The position numbers were made by a program, and so were the translations under genes. From the NCBI GenBank assembly GCA_051251855.1, contig JBPOGI010000007.1, positions 160,001 through 224,000 on the forward strand: a stretch of DNA of 64,000 nucleotides, given 5' to 3'. Each line of letters begins with the position of its first letter. Position 1 is the stretch's first letter. The DNA comes from Roseibacillus sp. (GTDB lineage Bacteria; Verrucomicrobiota; Verrucomicrobiia; Verrucomicrobiales; Akkermansiaceae). This document shows positions 54,765 to 64,000 of this stretch, one piece after another. The notes below the pieces were generated by a model. The model did no database searches. It was not told the origin of the DNA and saw only the letters and a program-made list of their open reading frames with translations.

Positions 54765-55865
54765 ATGCCCTCCCCGCCACGCGCTTGCGCCGAGATTGAC
54801 CTCTCAGCCCTCGACCATAATCTCGCCTTCGCTCGTCGTCATTCCGGCCAGCAAGTCATGGCTGTATTGAAGGCTGGAGCCTACGGACACGGCCTCTCCA
54901 AACTCGCCAAACACCTCGACAACCAAAGCCTCCCCTACTTTGGCGTCGCCAATGTTCATGAAGCCCGCCTCCTGGCTGACGACGGAATTCAGACTCCCAT
55001 CTACCTCCTTGGAGCCTCCTTCCCGGAAGAACGCGAAGAGATCGTGCAACGTGGCTGGACCCCTTGCCTCTCCTCCCTCGCAGAAATTGACGACTTCTCA
55101 CAGCTCTGCACCAAACAGGAAAAAGTCCTCTCAGCACACCTCGCTATCGATACTGGCATGGGTCGCGGTGGTTTCCTCCCCGGAAAAGTCGCCAGCGCCC
55201 TCGACCACCTCGCCCTTCCTCAAAACAAGTCAATCCAGCTAAAAGGAGTCGGCTCTCACCTTCCCTCCGCTGACGAAGACGAAACCTTCACCAAAGCACA
55301 ATTCGACACCTTCGACCAACTCGTCACCGAACACTTTTCCCAAGAGCGGAACTTTCACATCCACCTCTCTAACAGCGCCGGACTCCTCGACTACCAATCT
55401 AGGACTACCAATCTCATACGCCCCGGCCTCATGCTCTACGGAGTCTCCCCGCTACCCGATTGGCAAAAGGAGTTACGCCCCGTCATGTCGCTGAAGTCCC
55501 GCGTCTCCCTCGTCCGTAGTCTCCCCGCTGGCCACGGCGTCAGCTACGGTCGCACCAGCATTCTCGAAAGAGACACCGCTGTCGCCACCATCGGCGTTGG
55601 CTATGGCGACGGCTATCCCCGCAACGTCTCCGGTCAAGGAGCCCACATCCTCATCAACGGCCAAAAAGCCCCCCTCCTCGGTCGCGTCACTATGGACCAA
55701 ATCATGGCCGACGTCTCCCACCTCCCCAGCTGCCAGCCAGGTGACGAAGTCGAGCTCTTCGGCCCCAACCTCCCCGTTGCCCAAGTGGCCGACTGGGCCA
55801 ACACCATCCCCTGGGAAGTCCTCACCCGCATCACCCCTAGGGTCTCACGCCAGTATTCGTCCTAA
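54765..55865 (+). CDS. alr: Alanine racemase
   Basis: AVLKAGAYGHG (PLP Lys), DTGMGR, RPGLMLYG, GYGDG, GRVTMDQ. Confidence 0.95.
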   Translation: MPSPPRACAEIDLSALDHNLAFARRHSGQQVMAVLKAGAYGHGLSKLAKHLDNQSLPYFGVANVHEARLLADDGIQTPIYLLGASFPEEREEIVQRGWTPCLSSLAEIDDFSQLCTKQEKVLSAHLAIDTGMGRGGFLPGKVASALDHLALPQNKSIQLKGVGSHLPSADEDETFTKAQFDTFDQLVTEHFSQERNFHIHLSNSAGLLDYQSRTTNLIRPGLMLYGVSPLPDWQKELRPVMSLKSRVSLVRSLPAGHGVSYGRTSILERDTAVATIGVGYGDGYPRNVSGQGAHILINGQKAPLLGRVTMDQIMADVSHLPSCQPGDEVELFGPNLPVAQVADWANTIPWEVLTRITPRVSRQYSS

Positions 55866-55943
55866 GCAACCCTGCTCCAATTTCCTCCATAGATTTTTCG
55901 TTTTTCGTTTTTCGTTCTCCCGTTCCCAGCCTAGAACCCCCTC

Positions 55944-56678
55944 ATGAATTTAACAGTCACCGGACGCACCGGACGCATGGGCCAATCCGTTATCGCCGCC
56001 ATCGAGGCCGAGCCCAACGCCAGCCTTCACTCCACTCACGACAAAGGCGAAGACCTTCCTGCCGCCCTCGCAGGCTCCCAAGGGGTCATCGACTTCACCC
56101 TACCCAGCCTCACCGACGACCTTCTCGAAAAAGCCCTCGCCGCCGGCACCCCACTCATCATCGGCACCACAGGCCACACCGACGAGCAACGCGCCGCAAT
56201 TGCCAAGGCCGCCGAAACCCTCCCCATCGTCTTCGCCTCCAACTACTCAGTCGGCGTCAACACCCTCTTCTGGCTCACCCGCCATGCCGCCCGTATTCTC
56301 GGCAACGAGACCTTCGACATCGAGGTCACCGAGATGCATCACCGCCACAAAGTGGATGCCCCCTCCGGCACCGCTCGCACTCTGCTGGAAGTCCTCAACG
56401 AAGAGACCAACACTTCCTACAAAGACGACATCGACCACGGCCGCTTCGGCGACACCGGTCCTCGTCCCCAAGGCCGTATCGGCATGCACACCCTTCGCGG
56501 TGGCGACGTGGTCGGCGACCACACCGTCATGTTTGCTGCCGACGGCGAGCGCGTAGAACTCACCCACAAAGCCTCCTCGCGCATGACCTTCGCCAGCGGA
56601 GCCGTCCGCGCCGCCCTCTGGCTCGAAGGCAAGCCTCCCGGCCTCTACTCCATGCAGGACGTTCTCGGTTTGGCTTAA
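55944..56678 (+). CDS. dapB: 4-hydroxy-tetrahydrodipicolinate reductase
   Basis: GRTGRMG, IDFT, IGTTG, EMHHRHKVDAPSGTA, RGGDVVGDH. Confidence 0.96.
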   Translation: MNLTVTGRTGRMGQSVIAAIEAEPNASLHSTHDKGEDLPAALAGSQGVIDFTLPSLTDDLLEKALAAGTPLIIGTTGHTDEQRAAIAKAAETLPIVFASNYSVGVNTLFWLTRHAARILGNETFDIEVTEMHHRHKVDAPSGTARTLLEVLNEETNTSYKDDIDHGRFGDTGPRPQGRIGMHTLRGGDVVGDHTVMFAADGERVELTHKASSRMTFASGAVRAALWLEGKPPGLYSMQDVLGLA

Positions 56679-56690
56679 AGAACTCTCCTC

Positions 56691-57194
56691 ATGAAAGTGT
56701 TCCTGGCGCTCGGCTCGAATCTCGGTAATCGCCTTGGTAACCTTCAACGTGCGCGCCAGCTTCTGTCAGCCCTGTCTGTTGGCGACATGCAATCGGCCGC
56801 TCTCTACGAAACCGATCCCCTCGACTGCCCACCAGATTCGCCCGCCTTTCTTAATAGCGCGATCTCCTTCCAAACTGAACTCTCCCCCGAAGAACTCCTC
56901 GCCAAAACCCAAGCCATCGAGAGCCACCTCGGTCGGGAAGCCAAAGAGACTCGCGCTACCAACGCCCCCCGCCCCGTCGATATCGATCTTCTCTGCTGTG
57001 GCGAAGAGGTACGTCTGACGGACGACCTAACCCTCCCCCACCCACGCCTCCACGAACGCCTCTTTGTTCTCTACCCCTTACGCGACTTGGCCCCGACCCT
57101 CATTCCTCCCACCCACGCCAACCCCATCTCCATTCTGCTAGAACTTTGCGAATCAACCGAACTCCCGCCGCTCCTGCTTCAGGCCGCGTGGTAG
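56691..57194 (+). CDS. folK: 2-amino-4-hydroxy-6-hydroxymethyldihydropteridine pyrophosphokinase
   Basis: LALGSNLG, FLNSA, PRPVDIDLL, LPHPRLHERLFVL. Confidence 0.95.
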   Translation: MKVFLALGSNLGNRLGNLQRARQLLSALSVGDMQSAALYETDPLDCPPDSPAFLNSAISFQTELSPEELLAKTQAIESHLGREAKETRATNAPRPVDIDLLCCGEEVRLTDDLTLPHPRLHERLFVLYPLRDLAPTLIPPTHANPISILLELCESTELPPLLLQAAW

Positions 57195-57230
57195 TCTTTG
57201 CATTTCTCTCTATCTGGAGGACACTCCGCC

Positions 57231-57713
57231 ATGGAGCACATCATCCAAGAGCAATTCCTCCCCATCTCTCGCGAAGAAGCATGGGAATTCTTCTCACACC
57301 CCCTTAATCTCGATAAAATCACCCCCGACGACCTCGGCTTCTCGACCACAAGCTGCCCCGAGGGCCCCGTCTATCCAGGTGCCATCATCATTCACAAAAT
57401 CAAGCTCGCTCCAGGCCTCTCCATCCCTTGGGTCACCGAGATCAAAGCAGTCGAGAAAGGCTACTCTTTCGTTGACGAACAACGCTTCGGACCCTACCGC
57501 TTCTGGCATCACCGCCACTCTTTCGAAGACGCGGAGGGGGGCGTCCTCATCCGAGACGAAGTTCATTGGAAAGTTCCCTTTGAGCCCTTCAGCGCTCCCA
57601 TCAAAGCCCTTTTCGTAAAGCCCAAAACCTTGGGCATCTTTGAGCATCGCAAAAAAATCCTCGCCGATTACTTCGCTAAAAACGCTAGCGAGAATGAACC
57701 GGAGTCGGTTTGA
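57231..57713 (+). CDS. SRPBCC family protein
   Basis: WEFFS.P.NL.KITP, FVDEQRFGPYRFWHHRH. Confidence 0.88.
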   Translation: MEHIIQEQFLPISREEAWEFFSHPLNLDKITPDDLGFSTTSCPEGPVYPGAIIIHKIKLAPGLSIPWVTEIKAVEKGYSFVDEQRFGPYRFWHHRHSFEDAEGGVLIRDEVHWKVPFEPFSAPIKALFVKPKTLGIFEHRKKILADYFAKNASENEPESV

Positions 57714-58026
57714 GCTGCTCCTTCTGTTGTCGAGCAGCAACCATAAACAACCCGAGCGTCAGAAAGACAAATCCAAGCGTCAACGACATCGTCGGCGTCA
57801 TCGTCAACAGCGTAATCACTTCACGGCTAAAGGTGAGATGAATGGGATTCACAAGCATTGCCGCGATATAGGCCGGGTAAATCATCGAAAAGGCCACCAA
57901 GATTGCGCCCGAAGACAAGAGCCATCCGCCACGATGACCAGAGCGGACAAGACGAATGCCAACCCACACAAGAAGAGTGAGCCCGATGTAACCTACAAAA
58001 TTCCCTGAATGTAAAAGTGAGGCCAT
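57685..58026 (-). CDS. Small membrane protein (3 TM)
   Basis: Hydrophobic ORF, coupled to the upstream gene (TAATG). Confidence 0.6.
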   Translation of the reverse strand: MASLLHSGNFVGYIGLTLLVWVGIRLVRSGHRGGWLLSSGAILVAFSMIYPAYIAAMLVNPIHLTFSREVITLLTMTPTMSLTLGFVFLTLGLFMVAARQQKEQLKPTPVHSR

Positions 58027-58370
58027 TAGTCTTCTTTGTTGATGATTTTAGCTTTTTTCCCCGAAGGGAGATTGCGAAACTTTAAGAACATCCCCGCTCC
58101 CAACGCGAGGAATCCAAAGTTGAAATTGAGAGATACCGGATTAACGCTCGCCGTGGGCGTCACCTCGGAAATTGCGGTCAGGGGAGCCAGCACCACAAAT
58201 GAGAACACCATTAAGAATGCCGCGCTTAATAGAAGCATCCGAGTGGTACGCCCTGCACCGGAAAGGAAGAACATCACTGCCACCGCAAGAACGATTGAGG
58301 ATGAAGCAAAAACAAGAAAGCGCTCGTCAGAGGCAAAGACATCCAGATAATCTGCAAAATCAGGTAACAT
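58026..58370 (-). CDS. Small membrane protein (3 TM)
   Basis: Hydrophobic ORF with architecture similar to its neighbour (LLS.A.L..FS; GF.(F/A)L.LG). Confidence 0.55.
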   Translation of the reverse strand: MLPDFADYLDVFASDERFLVFASSSIVLAVAVMFFLSGAGRTTRMLLLSAAFLMVFSFVVLAPLTAISEVTPTASVNPVSLNFNFGFLALGAGMFLKFRNLPSGKKAKIINKED

Positions 58371-58534
58371 TGCATGACACTAAATCGGGAAAGGTCGGTC
58401 ATCACAATAAGATTGAACCACGGATGTTCAGACCATGAAGCCACTAAAACTATAAGCTTTTCCTTAAGTTTTAGCGGCAGCGTAACTCAGTGCACTCTTG
58501 ACAGCCACGCGCTCGTGAGGCGATACCGCGCGTG

Positions 58535-59734
58535 ATGAACAAGCTCTCGATTCGCGATTTAGACGCAGCAGGAAAGGAAGTTTTGATGCGTGCGGACTTC
58601 AACGTCCCCCTCAATGATGCCGGCGAAATCACCGACGACACCCGTATTCAGGCAGCCCTCCCCTCTATCGAACACCTCAAAAAAGCAGGCGCAAAGCTTG
58701 TTCTTTGCTCACACATGGGTCGCCCGAAAGGCGAGCGGAACAGCAAGTATTCTCTTCAACCTGTCGCTACCCGCCTCAGCGAACTCCTCGGTTGCGAGGT
58801 CACATTTGCCAATGACTGTATCGGCGAAGAAGCCGCAGCAGCGCGCGCAGCCCTCACCGACGGCTCAATTCTTCTTCTCGAAAACACCCGCTTCCACGCC
58901 GCCGAAACTGCCAACGAAGCACCCTTTGCTGAAGCACTCGCTGGCACCGCCGAAATCTTCGTCAACGACGCCTTTGGCACTGCCCACCGCGCCCACGGCT
59001 CCACCGAAGGAGTCACTCACCACGTCACCCAAAGTGCCATGGGACTCCTCATGGAGCGCGAACTGGAATACCTCGTCGGCAAGGTCGGCAACCCAGACCG
59101 CCCTCTTCTCGTCATCATGGGTGGAGCTAAAGTAAGCGACAAAATTCAAGTCATCACCGCCCTTCTCGACAAAGCCGACACCATCCTCATCGGTGGCGCA
59201 ATGGCCTACACTTTCCGCAAAGCCCAAGGCTACAAGGTTGGCATGAGCCTCGTAGAGAACGATAAGCTCGACCTCGCCCTCGAAATCCTCAAAAAGGCCG
59301 AGGAAAAGGGCGTTAAATTCCTTCTTCCTGCCGACACTCTTATTACTCAGGAATTCAAGGACGGAGCTGAGACCCAAAACACCGCCCCTTACGCTGATGG
59401 AGGAACCATCCCAGACGATTGGGAAGGTATCGACATCGGCTCAGTTGCTATCGGCGAATTCAAAAGTGTCGTTGCCGAGGCCAAGACCATTCTCTGGAAC
59501 GGTCCCATGGGCGTCTTCGAAATCGACACCTTCGCTACCGGCACTAAGGAACTCGCTGAAGCTGTCGCCGCTAGCGACGCCGTCAGCATCGTGGGTGGAG
59601 GCGACTCCGTCACCGCTGCCAACAAGTTCGGTGTCGCTGACCGCATGACATTCATCTCCACTGGAGGAGGAGCCAGCCTCGAGCTTCTCGAAGGCAAGGA
59701 CCTCCCTGGAGTCGCCGCCCTTAGCGAAGCCTAA
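58535..59734 (+). CDS. pgk: Phosphoglycerate kinase
   Basis: RADFNVP, SHMGRP, LLENTRF, NDAFGTAHR, GGAKVSDK, WNGPMGVFE, STGGGASLE. Confidence 0.98.
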   Translation: MNKLSIRDLDAAGKEVLMRADFNVPLNDAGEITDDTRIQAALPSIEHLKKAGAKLVLCSHMGRPKGERNSKYSLQPVATRLSELLGCEVTFANDCIGEEAAAARAALTDGSILLLENTRFHAAETANEAPFAEALAGTAEIFVNDAFGTAHRAHGSTEGVTHHVTQSAMGLLMERELEYLVGKVGNPDRPLLVIMGGAKVSDKIQVITALLDKADTILIGGAMAYTFRKAQGYKVGMSLVENDKLDLALEILKKAEEKGVKFLLPADTLITQEFKDGAETQNTAPYADGGTIPDDWEGIDIGSVAIGEFKSVVAEAKTILWNGPMGVFEIDTFATGTKELAEAVAASDAVSIVGGGDSVTAANKFGVADRMTFISTGGGASLELLEGKDLPGVAALSEA

Positions 59735-59750
59735 AAAGCGCTCTCTTTTT

Positions 59751-59790
59751 AAAAAGCCGCCCTTCGAACCATTCGTCGGGCGGCTTTTTT
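59751..59790 (+). terminator. Rho-independent terminator
   Basis: AAAAGCCGCCC...GGGCGGCTTTTTT. Confidence 0.85.
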
Positions 59791-59849
59791 GTATAACATG
59801 GCAAAGAACGAACTACCCCACACCGCTCAATCCCAATAGAATCCGCCCT

Positions 59850-60218
59850 GTGAGCAGTCTCAATGTAGCCGTCGTGCTAACCCTCATCACCGGATTCGGT
59901 GGAGCCGTCGCTGGTGGCTACGTCTTCCGCGCCCCTTGGTGGTCTTGGCCGCTCATGGGAATCGCTGGTCTTTTTATCGGACTGATCGGAGCCATCATTC
60001 AGAACCAGATACGCATTCGCTTTCTGGAAAAAGGCGATGAAAACGAAAAAGGATTCCTCGGAGGCCTCCGCTTCGCAGCCAAGCTTGTCCTTCCCTTCGT
60101 TGCGGTAATTCTTGTTACCATTGTCACCGTCACAGGTTCCGTCTTTCTCACCAAAGCGATCTGGCCCGAACTCGCAGCGAATCCCCGCGACCTCGGTCGT
60201 CTCGAAGGTTCCCTCTAA
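59850..60218 (+). CDS. Hypothetical membrane protein
   Basis: Three hydrophobic segments, GTG start. Confidence 0.6.
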   Translation: MSSLNVAVVLTLITGFGGAVAGGYVFRAPWWSWPLMGIAGLFIGLIGAIIQNQIRIRFLEKGDENEKGFLGGLRFAAKLVLPFVAVILVTIVTVTGSVFLTKAIWPELAANPRDLGRLEGSL

Positions 60219-60232
60219 GGAGAGAGGAGAGG

Positions 60233-60979
60233 CTAACGCCCTACCTCATACCAAAACTGATTCGCTGCCTCTCGATCTGTCCCTCGAAAGACGCGCCAGA
60301 CGAAGCGTGGGTTGAGAAACAGATACCAATCCCCAAACTGGTCGAACTTACGACACGACGTCGTTAAAGGAGCCTGCACATTCGTCCCAAAACGCCGTCT
60401 CGTCGCTTTGCCGTGAGCCTTAAGCCTCTTCGCAAAATCCAAGTCCTCAATAGATACCAGCTCTTCATTGAAGCCTCCGATCGCTCGAAAGTCCCTCGTC
60501 TGGCACCAGAAAAGCCCGAATGAAACCCCGTGCCAAATCAGATACGGCATCACCGACCCCACACTAAAGAAGATGCCCAACGACCAGCGCTCCGGAAGGG
60601 TGAAGCTTCCCCCTCCTACAAACTTCCCTGTCGCTAGCTTCTCCTGAATCACTTCAAAAGTCCATTTATGCGGAACACTATCGGCATCGCAGGTCACCAG
60701 AATCGGTGCCGTCGCCACTGCAGCGCCTGCATTGCGAATCTTCGAAAGGTTGGCCTCATCTTCCCTCACGATTTTCGCGCCCGCCTCGCATGCAATCGCC
60801 TCCGTGCCATCAGAACATCGATTCAGCACCACAATCACCTCCACCTCAATCTTCGAAAAAGCCTCTGCCTGCTTCACCCCTACGAGACACTTGGGCAAAA
60901 ACTGTTCCTCATTATGAGCAGGAATAACGATGGAGATGTCAGCGATGGCGGAAGCTACTCCATCAACGGAGCTGGTCAA
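60233..60979 (-). CDS. Glycosyltransferase family 2
   Basis: SIVIPAHNEE, RNAGA, DAD, GGFNE...EDLD. Confidence 0.9.
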   Translation of the reverse strand: MTSSVDGVASAIADISIVIPAHNEEQFLPKCLVGVKQAEAFSKIEVEVIVVLNRCSDGTEAIACEAGAKIVREDEANLSKIRNAGAAVATAPILVTCDADSVPHKWTFEVIQEKLATGKFVGGGSFTLPERWSLGIFFSVGSVMPYLIWHGVSFGLFWCQTRDFRAIGGFNEELVSIEDLDFAKRLKAHGKATRRRFGTNVQAPLTTSCRKFDQFGDWYLFLNPRFVWRVFRGTDREAANQFWYEVGR

Positions 60980-61021
60980 TCGTCGGTCAATGAGAAAGAG
61001 GAGACCTCTTTTCTCTGCAAC

Positions 61022-63841
61022 TTATTTCCAATTCACCCTGACCCGTTGCTTCTCTGCCGAGAACTCAAGAGACCTCCCCCTTGAACCGTTTGATCTCAGC
61101 CGAGTCTCTCTAATTCTTCTCCAATTGCCTCCCTGTTTTTCCTCAACTATAAAGTCCAGAAAAGCTTCAGGTTCATTTTGCGGCTCCCCGTCCAAGGCCA
61201 CAAAAACCTGAGAGTGGGGGTCCAGAATGACCTTCATCGAACCTAGTAAGAATCGAATGGGGTTGTCCGTTTGATTATGAGCAAAAAATCCTCCCTCTAC
61301 ATCCCCGACAACTTCTGCCACCAATTTCCGTAATTCAACCCGCTCTTCATTCTTGCTCTCCTTCTGTCCCAATAGCCGAAGCACCAGCTGAGAATCTTCA
61401 CCCAAGGCTCCACGCAGTCCCATCCCCCAAAGAGCCACCCCACTCGCGAACTGAAAGTCCCCATCCGCCTTCGTCCAAGACTTCGCGTCCCCCTGCAAAA
61501 CAAACTGCTGCAACTTACTGACCTCCCCATCCGGCGCTTTGTGCCGCAACTTCACAGTCATCCAGTCCGGAGAATCATCCTTAGGGCGCACCTCTACTTG
61601 CTCTTGATATTTCAAATCATCCACTTCAGGCCGAACCGTATCCTTCACTTCCACCGGAACAACCTCATAGAAAGCCGTCACCTGATGGCCTGAGCCAACA
61701 TCCCCCGCATCCACCATATCATTATTGAAGTCCTCTTTCTTTAAAACCCGGTTGGCATATCCAATCAAACGATACTGGCCCACCTTGGCAGGATTGAACT
61801 CTACTTGAATTTTCACATCCTTCGCAATCGTCACCAGAGTTCCCGTCAACTTCTCCAAGAATACTCGACGCCCCTCGGCCAAACTATCGACGTAGTAGTA
61901 GACTCCATTACCGTCGTTGGTAATCGCCTCCAACATCGAATCATTCAGATTCCCGCGACCAAAGCCACACACGCTCAAGAAAACACCATCCTGCGCCTCC
62001 TTCTTCACCAACTCTACCAAAGCCTCGCGACTGGTCGTTCCTACATTAAAGTCCCCATCCGTGGCTAAAATCACGCGATTGATTCCCCCCGTCACAAAGT
62101 TCTCCTTCGCCAAGCGATAGGCCAACTCAATCCCTGCTCCGCCATTCGTCGAACCTCCAGCGGAAAGTCTCCCGAGCGCTGCCGCCACCTTCTCACGACC
62201 ACCCTGGCCCATTTTCGTTGGCTCCAACGCCACCCCTTCACTGCCAGCGTAGACCACAATCGCCACCCGGTCCTCTTCTTGCAACTCTTCTACTAACAAT
62301 CCTAAAGACTCAACAAGAAGAGGGAGCTTGTCCGAATCCTGCATCGAACCCGAGACATCAATCAAAAAAACGAGATTAGCCGCTCCCCGCTCATCCTTCT
62401 TGATATCCTTTCCCTGCAAAGCCACCCGCACCAGATTGTGCTTTGGCTCCCAAGGACAAGTCGCCATCTCCAATCCCACGCCGAAGGCCTCACCGTTGTC
62501 AGGCTGGGGATAATTGTAATCAAAATAGTTCACCAACTCCTCGATCCGCACCGCATCTTTGGGCACCGCCACACCATCTCTCAACATGCGACGAATGTTG
62601 GTGTAGCTCGCGGTATCAACATCGACTGAGAAAGTCGAGAGAGCCTCCTTCAAAGGATTCTTCCACGGCTGGTCGGTCAACTCCGCATATTTCGAGCCAG
62701 GCTCGCTATCTAGAATCATTGCTCGGTTTGCATAAGCTTGACCTCGTATGTTCAAGTTGCGCATCTTCGCTCTCTCCTCTGCACCTCGCCCCCAACCATC
62801 CCCAAAGTCAGACGGCTTTCCAAAGCTTGGCAACTTTGCCAGAACCTTTGGCGCGGGAGAGCTTGGTTGAGCGGGACGCCTACTCGCATTCATAGCTATC
62901 GCCTCCATCTTTTCCGCTGGTGCTGCCTCAGCAATCGCTCCAAATCTCCTCAAAGCCACTTTCTCCGAGGAATGCTTCAACTTGGCCTCCTGGAGCTGCG
63001 CAAGCGCCGACTCATACTCTCTTTCCGCTTCCTTATAGTCGTGCATCTCTGTGGCCAATTCAACCAACTCCGCATCCTTCTCTTCCCTCGTTCCTTCCAT
63101 CACAAGCAACTGCTCCGAAATCATTTCATAGTTAGTACGAAGACCTTCCCTCAACGTTCCAACCGAACTCTCCAGCTCTTCTTTCAAACCATTGAGCCTA
63201 TTCTCTTGAACCACTATCGACGGGTGCCTTTCACCAAGCCCTGAAGCCTTCAACTGCTCCAATTCACCTTCCGTCTTCTCATACTTCTGGTGCAAACCTC
63301 GAACCGAATTATTATCCACTGGCAACTCCGCCGCGTAACGAAGGACTTGTTCGTCATCAAGCGTCTCCATTCTGTTGAGGTAAATTCCATACTGATCGCG
63401 ATTCTTCTTCATCTCGAAGGCGTTCTTCTCAGCCATCATCTTTAACTGAGTCTTAGTTAACTGGGAACTATTGCTGGAACTATGAAAATGGGGCCTCCCC
63501 GTGATTCTCACGATGGTATCGAGCACCTTCCTCTTCGCCTCCACCTTTTCCTCCTGCGCCCTAATCAGCGCGTCCAACTCTGCAAGGCGCGCCTCTGCTT
63601 CTGCCATCGACTCCACAGCCAGAGTGGGTGGCTCGCTCGGCACATCCTGTCCTTTCTTGGAATACAAAACCGCTATTGCGGCAAACAAGACCATCGCCGC
63701 AACGGCGAGCACAGTCCTCACAAAATTACCCCTTCTGACTTTGGATTTGGCATTCGTGTCAACTCCCTCAGCCAAGTTTACATCACTCTCCCCGCGCAGC
63801 AGCGCATCCATCAAACGGTCATCGATCTCTTCTTTTTTCAT
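61022..63841 (-). CDS. YfbK-like vWA domain protein with N-terminal membrane anchor and coiled coil
   Basis: STFSVDVDTASY, VRIEELVNYF, NLVFLIDVSGSM, ATDGDFNVG, YRLIGYANR, DAGDVGSGH. Confidence 0.9.
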   Translation of the reverse strand: MKKEEIDDRLMDALLRGESDVNLAEGVDTNAKSKVRRGNFVRTVLAVAAMVLFAAIAVLYSKKGQDVPSEPPTLAVESMAEAEARLAELDALIRAQEEKVEAKRKVLDTIVRITGRPHFHSSSNSSQLTKTQLKMMAEKNAFEMKKNRDQYGIYLNRMETLDDEQVLRYAAELPVDNNSVRGLHQKYEKTEGELEQLKASGLGERHPSIVVQENRLNGLKEELESSVGTLREGLRTNYEMISEQLLVMEGTREEKDAELVELATEMHDYKEAEREYESALAQLQEAKLKHSSEKVALRRFGAIAEAAPAEKMEAIAMNASRRPAQPSSPAPKVLAKLPSFGKPSDFGDGWGRGAEERAKMRNLNIRGQAYANRAMILDSEPGSKYAELTDQPWKNPLKEALSTFSVDVDTASYTNIRRMLRDGVAVPKDAVRIEELVNYFDYNYPQPDNGEAFGVGLEMATCPWEPKHNLVRVALQGKDIKKDERGAANLVFLIDVSGSMQDSDKLPLLVESLGLLVEELQEEDRVAIVVYAGSEGVALEPTKMGQGGREKVAAALGRLSAGGSTNGGAGIELAYRLAKENFVTGGINRVILATDGDFNVGTTSREALVELVKKEAQDGVFLSVCGFGRGNLNDSMLEAITNDGNGVYYYVDSLAEGRRVFLEKLTGTLVTIAKDVKIQVEFNPAKVGQYRLIGYANRVLKKEDFNNDMVDAGDVGSGHQVTAFYEVVPVEVKDTVRPEVDDLKYQEQVEVRPKDDSPDWMTVKLRHKAPDGEVSKLQQFVLQGDAKSWTKADGDFQFASGVALWGMGLRGALGEDSQLVLRLLGQKESKNEERVELRKLVAEVVGDVEGGFFAHNQTDNPIRFLLGSMKVILDPHSQVFVALDGEPQNEPEAFLDFIVEEKQGGNWRRIRETRLRSNGSRGRSLEFSAEKQRVRVNWK

Positions 63842-63889
63842 CGTCTTCTCCTCTTAAAAATTACTTTGCGTCCTTGCGGTTCAAAAATT

Positions 63890-64000
63890 CTATCTCGCTA
63901 ACTGCAAACACTCCTTCAAAAGCGCCCTCGCCCTCTCCAGCCTCTTTCTCACTGTCGCCGCCGCTATCCCCAGCCTGTCCCCCACCGCCTCACTCTTCAT
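63890..64000 (-). CDS. ECF sigma factor, C-terminal region 4 (5'-partial)
   Basis: MKSEAVGDRLGIAAATVRKRLERARALLKECL*, a sigma-4 HTH pattern, directly upstream of the vWA gene. Confidence 0.75.
   Translation of the reverse strand: MKSEAVGDRLGIAAATVRKRLERARALLKECLQLAR

Overview
Bacterial chromosomal window, most likely Verrucomicrobiota (inferred from gene content: PVC-type CxxCH cytochrome-propeller protein, many secreted proteins with ...FYRV-like C-termini). Core genes (class A PBP, Na+/H+ antiporter, miaB, xerD, L31-B, alr-dapB-folK, pgk) flank two accessory regions. (1) An ~18 kb defence-type island follows a tRNA-Leu and contains SRAP, an orphan TorD/DmsD chaperone, a WYL regulator-DUF2779 dual nuclease-PD-(D/E)XK operon, a four-gene DUF499 ATPase/DUF3780/DUF1156 methylase/PLD-SNF2 helicase 'restriction-like' system, an extra nuclease and an unknown gene. 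(2) A small, decayed integron-like cassette array lies at 36.7-39.2 kb. The most striking signals concern recoding. miaB has an in-frame TGA exactly at the conserved Cys of the TYGCQMN motif, followed by a SECIS-like hairpin. The DUF3780 gene has an A9 slippery run after which two frames stay open, giving either a histone-like Lys-rich tail or an acidic tail ending in the beta-clamp motif QLELF. The tRNA-Leu has a rare AAG anticodon. Three GCGAC-N7-GTCGC-type palindromes outline a WYL regulon within the island. All family assignments come from motif recognition by eye; no database search was run.
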